Shown: piece after piece, positions 36,973-44,226 of the stretch
Layout of the letters: the number at the start of each line of letters is the position of its first letter
Position numbering within the stretch: position 1 is the stretch's first letter
NCBI GenBank assembly: GCA_023130975.1
Contig: JAGMAD010000006.1
Span: forward strand, 87,187 to 151,186
DNA: 64,000 bases
Source of the DNA: Candidatus Parcubacteria bacterium
GTDB taxonomy: Bacteria; Patescibacteriota; Minisyncoccia; Minisyncoccales; JAGMDC01
Direction of reading: 5' to 3'
Translations under genes and position numbers: made by a program
Notes under the pieces: model-generated
The model's input: only the letters and a program-made list of their open reading frames with translations
Database searches by the model: none
What the model was told of the DNA's origin: nothing

Positions 36973-37014
36973 ATTGAAAATTCATTGATAATTGGTCATT
37001 GAAAATTGAAAATT
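36973..37014. repeat. Six heptamers ending in ATT (ATTGAAA ATTCATT GATAATT GGTCATT GAAAATT GAAAATT)
   Basis: Read directly from the sequence. The tract runs up to the stop codon of the 2162-aa gene. Confidence 0.8.
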
Positions 37015-40000
37015 TATTCTTCCGGGGGTGGTCCTTCAGCTGGTGGTTCTTCAGGTGGAACATAGGTTCCGAGTGCTTCTTGCTCTTCTGTTGGTTTTTC
37101 GTCGTCAATCCCGCAATCGCTCAAATCAGTGCAAGTCCGGGTTTGGGTAAAGGGCTCTTCGCTGGCAACTGTTTCTGGCAAAGGCGACCATTCGATGCAG
37201 AACCAATCAGGGATACAGACAGGCGGCTCCGGCTCAGGTTCAGGTTCCGGTTCAACACCATCTTCTGGCGACGTGGTTGTGTCAACTGGAGGAATATCTA
37301 AGATATCTGGAACATCTGGTGGGACATTTGGTTCGCTCCCTTCGGGAGCGGCTGGCTCAGGCGACTGACCATCAGTCACCAATAATTGATCATTGATCTC
37401 TGGACAAGGGCCTTGTTCCTTAACCCATTCGCCGTTTTCAATCCAGGTACACCAGATTTCGCCAGTGGTTTTATCCTGCATCTCAATTTGTTCAGCCACT
37501 ACTGTTTTTGCCTTTAATTTTTGGACTTCTAAAGTGCCGTATTCACTGACAATTAAGCCGAGAGGAAAGAGATTATTGATAATTGATAATTGGTCATCAT
37601 TGAGAATATTACCCTCCTCGTCAGTGATAACTGCCAAGTCATAACCCTGCCAGCTGACATTAACCAGGGTCATTACCTTGCCGATTTCGCTTTCCATTTC
37701 TACGCAATTTTTAACTTTTATATCGCTTCTCCCTTGTTCTTCGTTTTTAATAAAGCTGATTTCACAATTAGTTACTGTGCCGTCAAACGGCTCAAATGCC
37801 CGGCCAATAATTCTGCCAGCGCCAGTGGCTTTCATTGCCACGCCTGGCGACGAAGAAGAAGTCAGGAAATCGCCGATTTCAACAGGCCCATTTTCCAGAT
37901 TAACTTTGACCGGCACTCGACCGATTAAAGAAACCGGTCGGGTTTTAGCTATAACCTCGCCTGCATCAGTGCTAATTTCGCCATAGCCGCCGCCCAGAGT
38001 AGTGGATGGCTGGCTGGCAATCACTCCCACTAAATTAGAATCGTAAGCCGAAGCAGATTTTTCAACAAAGTATTTTGACTCATCAGTGATTTCTTCAATG
38101 GCATTGGTTTTGAGAATAGAAACAACATCGCCTGGCTCAACTGACAGGTCAAAAGTATAATAACTTTCAGCAATATCAGCGCCGCTGTCAGCATGAGTAA
38201 TTTCCAGCCAATTACTACCGTCATAAACAAGCACAGCAGTATCTTGAGTGTTATCCAAAGTAAGATGGCCGCTTAACTGAAGATTTCCAGTAGCGTCTTT
38301 CAAGACCACGCTCCGGTCAGTATGTTCTGCCCGAAGCACTAAAATATCGCCTTCGCTTCCGCCATTGATAGTATCTAAATCATCAGTAGCACCATCGCTT
38401 TCAGTGTCAATCTTATGGTAGGTCTGGGTTGCTGTAACCACCCCTGAAGCAATAGTTAATTCTGTAGCACCAGCGAAGTTTGCCATAGCAATCTCGGAGA
38501 TATCTCCGCCCGTGGCATTAGAGGAAGGCAGAGTACCATTAGTAGTATCGCTGCAGTCATCAGCATAATGGGTGGTCGGCGCAACAATGGCAATGCCGTC
38601 AGCCACGGCTGACGCGGTTTCGCCAGCTGACATAGAAGAAACTCTTCGGTAAAGTTTATAAGAAGTGGCGCCAGGAACCGCACTCCAGGTAACAGTGACT
38701 TTTTCGTCGTCACTATCGCCTGACATTGCCTGGGAGCCCTCTGCGGAAATAGTGGTCTCGCCATTGTCATTTAAAGCAGTGACCCGGTAATAATATGTGC
38801 CGCTACTGGAGCAGGAACCGCCGCTGGCAGTGATGCTGGTAGCAGGCGTGCCGGTCTGGGAAATATCCAGTTTGTTAATAGTAATATTGCCGCCAGTTAA
38901 AGTTAAATTCTGCTTAACTGTTAAGTCGCTGCCGCCGCTTCCAGTGCCGCCAACAGCCACATCGCCGTCAGGTCCGACCATAAACGCGTAGCCGCCGCCA
39001 TCCATACCCAAGACCTTAAACCCGCCGTAGACCAAATCGCTATGCTGAACATTCACCAGAACATCACCGCCTTTGGCATAAGCTAAGTGATAAATAGAGT
39101 TGGCTGCCGGGTCGCCCAAAGTAGCATCCCAGTCAGCCACAGTAATTGTATTATTTGCATTGTCAGTAATTGTTTGGGTCTGGCCCTTGCCAGTTCCGGC
39201 AATAATGGAAATACTGCCGTTAATCCATTCGTCAGCGGTCCAGGATTTATTACTGTCAGTTAAAACAGGATCAGAGAAAGAAGTACATATCCCGGAATCA
39301 CCAGTTGCTTCATTGGAACGGGTAGTCAGGGTTAAGTTTTCTGGATGATTGGGATCGCCGGCAGAAATAGTCAAATTCCCCTGGGAAGTAATATATGATG
39401 TGCCTGTACTTAAGAAAGCCAGGTCATAGTCAATGCCGACATCACCGCCGACATCAACACTCAATGGCCTGCTAAGCACAATATTCGGGTTGCCGATTTC
39501 AATCATTGTTGTCAGGGAACCGCCTGAAGCTGTTTTGAAAAGCATCTTGCCCGTGTAATTTGTATTGTCAATGTTGGTAATAGCTGATTCAATTGCGCCA
39601 ATTATTGTGGCGCCGCCAGTTGTTCTGTTGACAACCATATTTATTTTTGTTCCAGAAGCAACAGTGGCAGTGCCTAAATTTTCTATCCGCAAACCAGCTG
39701 TCACTGCGCCAGCAGAATCAGTTCGAACTGTTAACTTATCAGTCGGCGCCGTTGTACCAATCCCGACATCACCGGCAACAACAATCAAGCCGTAATTAGT
39801 AGTGGCACCGCTGGCAGAAAAGTAGCCAGCAATGTTGGTAGAAGTTGTGCCAGTGTTGGCAACTGAAGAATATAATCCATAAGTAGTATGAGAAGCATTG
39901 GTATTGGCGCCGGAGCGGGCAAGATTGAGAAGTTTTGAGGTCCCACTTGCTCCTCCGGCAGTAGAACTGGAAGTAATATCTAAACCAGTGCCTGTTGTCA

Positions 40001-43000
40001 AACCATCAACTGAAAGAGCTATTCCAGTGCCAGTGGTAATTGAATCACCAGTTAATTCAAGAAGCCCTGTAGTATCATTGGAAACAACATCAAGTTTGTA
40101 ATCTGGGCTGGTGGTGCCGATGCCCAGGTTGCCGCCAAAATAGGCGTCTCCGCTGCCGGAGATGTTGCCGGCGCTGAATAAACCCCCAGAACCGATATTA
40201 ACCCCACCGCTAATCTGGAGTTGGCCCTGAGCGATAATGTCATTTCTTACCTGCAGATTTCCTGCCTCTAAGCTGTGCACCACTCCTGATGTAGCCTCTA
40301 TTCCTGAGACATCGATTACCTTAAGGTCATCGCTGTCCACATCAACCACATAGGCATATCTACCTGAGACATAGACAGAGTAAGGGCCAGTGCCAATGGC
40401 TAAACTCCCGGCTAAGCTGGGTGAAGTCGGGTCTGAGACATCGATTACCTTAAGGTCATCGCTGCCAAGATCAACCACATAGGCATATCTGCCCGAGACA
40501 TAAACAGAGCGAGGCAGAGTGCCAATACCTAAGCTCCCGGCTAAGCTGGGTGAAGTGGGGTCTGAGACATCGATTACCTTAAGGTCATCGCTGTCAGAAT
40601 CAACCACATAGGCATATCTGCCTGAGACATAAACAGAGTAAGGGTCAGTGCCAATGGCTAAACTCCCGGCTAAGCTGGGTGAAGTCGGGTCTGAGACATC
40701 GATTACCTTAAGGTCATCGCTGATAGAATCAACCACATAAGCATATCTGCCTGAGACATAGACAGATATAGGGGCAAGGCCAATGCCCAAACTCCCGGCT
40801 AAGCTGGGTGAAGTCGGGTCTGAGACATCGATTACCTTAAGGTCATCGCTGACAGCATCAACCACATAGGCATATCTGCCCGAGACATAAACAGAGCGAG
40901 GCAGAGTGCCAATACCTAAACTCCCGGCTAAGCTGGGTGAAGTCGGGTCTGAGACATCGATTACCTTAAGGTCATAGCTGATAGAATCAACCACATAAGC
41001 ATATCTGCCTGAGACATAGACAGAGTAAGGGTAACTGCCAATGCCCAAACTCCCGGCTAAGCTGGGTGAAGTGGGGTCTGAGACATCGATTACCTTAAGA
41101 TCATTGCTGCTAATATCAACCACATAGGCATATCTGCCCGAGACATAGATAGAATAAGGGCCAGTGCCAATGCCCAAACTCCCGGCTAAAACAGGGTCTG
41201 CGGGTAATTGAAGGAAATTGCCTTTCTCAATAGTCAATTTCTCACTTGGGCTGGTGGTGCCGATGCCGACATTAGCATTAAGTATGTTAATCTCATCTGT
41301 TGCTTGATTGTCAAACTCTATTCTTCCAGCGCTTCCACCCAATCCAATCCAGGCATCATCTGGCATAACAATATTTCCGCTTGATGATATTGACAATGCT
41401 CCAGCTGTTATAGTTCCAGTTGTTGTTAAATTCTCATCGTCAAAAGATATGTCGCCGCCAGTGGCAGTAAAAGTTAAATCACCGCTGCTGTCCACTGCCA
41501 CAGAAAGATAATTAGAAGCGTCATAGGCGACAGTGAGTTGAGGAGTGCTTGTTGAAGTGATTGTTGTTTGGCCGCCATTAGCAATAACAAAGTTGTCTGT
41601 GCCATCGGTTTGGAAACGAGCAATATTGCCTGTACCTTGCTGATCTACCCGCAAGCCGTCTGATGAAGAAGTTGCTGTAAAAACAGCAGAGCCGGAATAG
41701 GTCTGGGCGCCGCTAACAGTAAGGTCGCCGCCGACAGTAACATTACCGTCTGTTTCAACTGTAAAGTTAGTGTCGCCAACAGTTAGGTCAGCACCAGTAA
41801 CATCCAAGCCAGCAGTAGCATCAACATTTCCGCCAAGTGTAATCTGGCCTGTTGATTGAGTCAAAGTATTATTGATGGTCACTGGTCCGCTAAAAGTAGA
41901 AGTGGCAGCCACGGTTAATTTATCAGAAGTTTCTCCGCCTAAGACAGTATCGTCGCCAACTCCTAAATCATGAACAGCAGCAGAACCAGAAACGCCTAAG
42001 GAAGCAAAAGTGCCATGTCCGCCAACCTGAACTCCTTGCGAACCAATATATATTGGAGCGCTGGAAACAACTGTTTGAGGAGGAGTGGCTTGAAGTTTTT
42101 TAGTAATTTTTTGGAGGGTTTCTATATCAGCTTCCCAACCAGTGATTTCAGCTAATTGGGTTTTGAATTCAGCCAATGATTCCTCGTCAAGAACTTTTAA
42201 TTCTTTAGTGATTTCTTTGATGGGTTCTATTTGGGTAATTTTTTGAATCTCTTTGATAATTTCTTTTTGAGGCAGACCTTCTCTTTCCATTTTTTCAATC
42301 CTTGCCTGAAGGATTTCTAATTCTTGTTTTAACTCCTCATCTATTTTTTCTTTTTCAGCAACGATTTTCTTTTCTGTCCTCCCCCCCCAAGGAGAAACGA
42401 GAAACTCGTATGCTTTAACAAACGGACTTTTGATTGCCTGATATGTCTGGCTTAATTTTTGTTCTATCGCATCATTGGTATTTTGATATCCTTGTTTGAA
42501 AGTAATGCCTGTCTTGACTATTTTCTGGCCAATGTTTGACGGTGCTTCTTTTATTATTTTACCTACAACAACGGCCTGTTCTCCATACCATTGGCTAAAT
42601 CTTTGAAAAACATTAATGCCGTATTTGAGGTCGTCGCCTGTCTCGCCAGTTACCTCGGCTAAAAAGGAGTAAGTACTCTTACTTGTTGACAAAATACTTG
42701 CTCCTAAATCATAAAAGTAATTTTTTGTTTCTGCCTTTAATTTGTCTGACTCTATTATTACTTTTTTCCTCCATTTATTTAATGATCTATTCATTTCTGC
42801 TAAAAATTGACTGAGAAATGTTTTTGAATTTGCTAAAGAGGTATCTATTACTGTTTTTGAGTTTATCACAGAACTGCCTATTATTGTTGTTAATTCATCC
42901 AAAACATTGTCAGCTTTTTGAGAGACAACCGATAGTCCTTTGGAGCTAATGCCGGCAACAAAACTCATTGTTTGTTTGAAATCCTGAACCGGATGCAAAT

Positions 43001-43502
43001 CAATTTCAGACAGGACTGCAGAGGTATTTTCAAAAGTTGCGGAGATACGATCTCTGCTGATTTTTACATCTTCTAAAGCACTGGAAGTAGCAGAGAACAG
43101 TTCTTTGCTGGTTTTTGTCAGAGTATCCTTGACCGACCAAATAGCATCTTTACCAATCCATTCAACAAGTTCAGGATTGTCCTGAACCTGCTGAAGGACA
43201 AAGACAATGCCAGTTGTAAGTAAAGAAAAAACCAAAACTCCAGCTATTGCGTATCGTAAAGCGTATCGGAGTTTTGGTTGCTTGAATAAGCTTGAAAACG
43301 ATATTCCTGCTTTTTTAACCTCTTTGTGTTTCTTTGAATTGCTCTTTAGGTATTCCTCCAGCCATTCTTTTTTAGTTACCCAGTTCCTGCCGAATTTAAT
43401 TGCCTTTAATTTTCCTTGTCTGGCCCTCAATGATAAATACTCCTGTGAGTAATCGCAGTATCGGGTTGCTTGTGTAAGAGAGATATAATCGTTTTCAGAC
43501 AT
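37014..43502 (-). CDS. Giant surface protein: N-terminal HTH, TM helix, coiled coil, beta-helix-like repeats, seven LVIVD repeats, FN3-like domain, Pro/Glu-rich tail
   Basis: 2162-aa ORF. Residues 5-55 (DYISLTQATRYCDYSQEYLSLRARQGKLKAIKFGRNWVTKKEWLEEYL) look like an excisionase/MerR-type HTH. The TM helix is at about aa 84-104 (43191-43253). The FN3-like segment is VTVTWSAVPGATSYKLYRR (about 38650-38700). The tail is EPEPEPEPEP. Confidence 0.6.
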   Translation of the reverse strand: MSENDYISLTQATRYCDYSQEYLSLRARQGKLKAIKFGRNWVTKKEWLEEYLKSNSKKHKEVKKAGISFSSLFKQPKLRYALRYAIAGVLVFSLLTTGIVFVLQQVQDNPELVEWIGKDAIWSVKDTLTKTSKELFSATSSALEDVKISRDRISATFENTSAVLSEIDLHPVQDFKQTMSFVAGISSKGLSVVSQKADNVLDELTTIIGSSVINSKTVIDTSLANSKTFLSQFLAEMNRSLNKWRKKVIIESDKLKAETKNYFYDLGASILSTSKSTYSFLAEVTGETGDDLKYGINVFQRFSQWYGEQAVVVGKIIKEAPSNIGQKIVKTGITFKQGYQNTNDAIEQKLSQTYQAIKSPFVKAYEFLVSPWGGRTEKKIVAEKEKIDEELKQELEILQARIEKMEREGLPQKEIIKEIQKITQIEPIKEITKELKVLDEESLAEFKTQLAEITGWEADIETLQKITKKLQATPPQTVVSSAPIYIGSQGVQVGGHGTFASLGVSGSAAVHDLGVGDDTVLGGETSDKLTVAATSTFSGPVTINNTLTQSTGQITLGGNVDATAGLDVTGADLTVGDTNFTVETDGNVTVGGDLTVSGAQTYSGSAVFTATSSSDGLRVDQQGTGNIARFQTDGTDNFVIANGGQTTITSTSTPQLTVAYDASNYLSVAVDSSGDLTFTATGGDISFDDENLTTTGTITAGALSISSSGNIVMPDDAWIGLGGSAGRIEFDNQATDEINILNANVGIGTTSPSEKLTIEKGNFLQLPADPVLAGSLGIGTGPYSIYVSGRYAYVVDISSNDLKVIDVSDPTSPSLAGSLGIGSYPYSVYVSGRYAYVVDSISYDLKVIDVSDPTSPSLAGSLGIGTLPRSVYVSGRYAYVVDAVSDDLKVIDVSDPTSPSLAGSLGIGLAPISVYVSGRYAYVVDSISDDLKVIDVSDPTSPSLAGSLAIGTDPYSVYVSGRYAYVVDSDSDDLKVIDVSDPTSPSLAGSLGIGTLPRSVYVSGRYAYVVDLGSDDLKVIDVSDPTSPSLAGSLAIGTGPYSVYVSGRYAYVVDVDSDDLKVIDVSGIEATSGVVHSLEAGNLQVRNDIIAQGQLQISGGVNIGSGGLFSAGNISGSGDAYFGGNLGIGTTSPDYKLDVVSNDTTGLLELTGDSITTGTGIALSVDGLTTGTGLDITSSSTAGGASGTSKLLNLARSGANTNASHTTYGLYSSVANTGTTSTNIAGYFSASGATTNYGLIVVAGDVGIGTTAPTDKLTVRTDSAGAVTAGLRIENLGTATVASGTKINMVVNRTTGGATIIGAIESAITNIDNTNYTGKMLFKTASGGSLTTMIEIGNPNIVLSRPLSVDVGGDVGIDYDLAFLSTGTSYITSQGNLTISAGDPNHPENLTLTTRSNEATGDSGICTSFSDPVLTDSNKSWTADEWINGSISIIAGTGKGQTQTITDNANNTITVADWDATLGDPAANSIYHLAYAKGGDVLVNVQHSDLVYGGFKVLGMDGGGYAFMVGPDGDVAVGGTGSGGSDLTVKQNLTLTGGNITINKLDISQTGTPATSITASGGSCSSSGTYYYRVTALNDNGETTISAEGSQAMSGDSDDEKVTVTWSAVPGATSYKLYRRVSSMSAGETASAVADGIAIVAPTTHYADDCSDTTNGTLPSSNATGGDISEIAMANFAGATELTIASGVVTATQTYHKIDTESDGATDDLDTINGGSEGDILVLRAEHTDRSVVLKDATGNLQLSGHLTLDNTQDTAVLVYDGSNWLEITHADSGADIAESYYTFDLSVEPGDVVSILKTNAIEEITDESKYFVEKSASAYDSNLVGVIASQPSTTLGGGYGEISTDAGEVIAKTRPVSLIGRVPVKVNLENGPVEIGDFLTSSSSPGVAMKATGAGRIIGRAFEPFDGTVTNCEISFIKNEEQGRSDIKVKNCVEMESEIGKVMTLVNVSWQGYDLAVITDEEGNILNDDQLSIINNLFPLGLIVSEYGTLEVQKLKAKTVVAEQIEMQDKTTGEIWCTWIENGEWVKEQGPCPEINDQLLVTDGQSPEPAAPEGSEPNVPPDVPDILDIPPVDTTTSPEDGVEPEPEPEPEPPVCIPDWFCIEWSPLPETVASEEPFTQTRTCTDLSDCGIDDEKPTEEQEALGTYVPPEEPPAEGPPPEE
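40304..41206 (-). repeat. Seven tandem 129-nt (43-aa) LVIVD-type repeats, probably a seven-bladed propeller
   Basis: CTGAGACATCGATTACCTTAAG recurs at 40304, 40433, 40562, 40691, 40820 and 40949, with a 2-mismatch variant (..AAGATC) at 41078. The unit is YAYVVDxxSxDLKVIDVSDPTSPSLAGSLGIGxxPxSVYVSGR. Confidence 0.9.
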
Positions 43503-43530
43503 AAATTAATGAGATCCGATATTAAAAATT

Positions 43531-43551
43531 TTGCTTAATTCGGTTAAGCAA
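43531..43551 (-). terminator. Hairpin TTGCTTAA-ttcgg-TTAAGCAA after tsaE
   Basis: 8-bp stem. The minus strand continues AAUUUUUAAU. Confidence 0.45.
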
Positions 43552-43607
43552 TTATTACTTTATTTTCTTATAATCAAGAGGGCTTGTCAAATGAAAACTG
43601 TGGATAA

Positions 43608-44066
43608 CTATCGGACGTCAAAAACAGTAATTTTTCTGGTGTTTTTGTTAATGAACTTGAACTTTATTTTGATAATGTTTTTGGGCAGGATTTTTTCTAT
43701 TTTTTCTGACCATTCTATGGCTATAATATTTTCTGGGTTAGAAATAATCTCCTGAAAACCAATTTCTAAAATTTCCTCTGGTTTTTGAATACGGTAGCAA
43801 TCAATGTGGATTAGATATTGGATATTAGATTTTGGATTTTGGATTTGGAATTTCTTCATTATTACAAAGGTGGGGCTAAGGATTTTTTCTTTAATGCCAA
43901 CTCCTTTGGCAAAGCCCTGAAGAAAAGTTGTTTTGCCTGCGCCCAAATCTCCAACTAATCCAATTAGTAAAGCGCCTTTCTTTTGAGGAAGTTTTAGAAT
44001 TTTTTTTGCCAAGTTTTGTCCCAGCTTTTTTGTTTGAGATGAATTAAAGGTTTGATATTTTTCCAT
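43608..44066 (-). CDS. tsaE: tRNA t6A biosynthesis ATPase TsaE
   Basis: 152-aa ORF with Walker A GDLGAGKTTFLQGFAKG and the typical ..SPTF.. and ..HIDCYR.. motifs. Confidence 0.85.
   Translation of the reverse strand: MEKYQTFNSSQTKKLGQNLAKKILKLPQKKGALLIGLVGDLGAGKTTFLQGFAKGVGIKEKILSPTFVIMKKFQIQNPKSNIQYLIHIDCYRIQKPEEILEIGFQEIISNPENIIAIEWSEKIEKILPKNIIKIKFKFINKNTRKITVFDVR
43808..43853. repeat. Degenerate heptamer array (ATATTGG ATATTAG ATTTTGG ATTTTGG ATTTGGA) inside tsaE
   Basis: Read directly from the sequence. It encodes ..KFQIQNPKSNIQYLI.. on the minus strand. Confidence 0.7.
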
Positions 44067-44130
44067 ATTGACTATATTGATGATTTAAGTTAATTTGAAA
44101 TAATACTTAGTTAGCTTACTGACTATTTTT

Positions 44131-44221
44131 TTGCGAAGCAAAAAATCAAGGTTCTTGCCAAAGGCAAGGTTCTTAATTACGAAGTAATCAAGGTTCTTGA
44201 GCGATAGCGAAAGGTTCTTAT
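44131..44221 (+). repeat. Array of TT(A/G)CGAAG(T/C)AA and (C/A)AAGGTTCTT motifs, including copy B of the 48-nt element (44173-44221)
   Basis: Sequence is ttgcgaagcaa aaaatcaaggttcttg ccaaaggcaaggttctt aattacgaagtaatcaaggttcttgagcgatagcgaaaggttcttat. AAGGTTCTT occurs four times here and twice at 6806-6832. Confidence 0.85.
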
Positions 44222-44226
44222 ATCAT

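Noticed and set aside
36510-36974. The four-helix-bundle gene as a marker of a 23S rRNA intervening sequence
   Set aside because: No rRNA-like sequence surrounds it. It sits between two protein-coding genes and is flanked by heptamer tracts.
40304-41206. Regularly spaced ~60-nt conserved blocks alternating with variable blocks, which a repeat finder might call a CRISPR array
   Set aside because: The period is exactly 129 nt (43 codons) inside one uninterrupted 2162-aa ORF. The 'spacers' are also homologous to each other, and the translation is a clean LVIVD protein repeat. No cas genes are present.
32769-43502. A diversity-generating retroelement: Avd-like gene plus giant surface targets plus internal near-identical repeats
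   Set aside because: No reverse-transcriptase ORF is in the window. The spacer after the Avd-like gene is a heptamer tract unrelated to either neighbour. The 8 differences between the 188-nt LamG repeats are transitions in both directions, not adenine-specific. I keep this only as a low-priority genome-wide check.
44197-44226. Track-predicted N-terminal extensions using TTG/GTG or upstream ATG starts: pilB 44197, tyrS 50042, four-helix-bundle 36974, PilX-like 20615, membrane/TPR 32721, LTD 45732, PBP 50162, exonuclease 30320, receiver 27568, Cys-rich protein 59567
   Set aside because: The extensions run through repeats, hairpins, promoters or the preceding gene, and they add residues atypical for the families. 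Downstream ATGs give family-typical N-termini and often ATGA-type coupling. The exact starts remain unverified.
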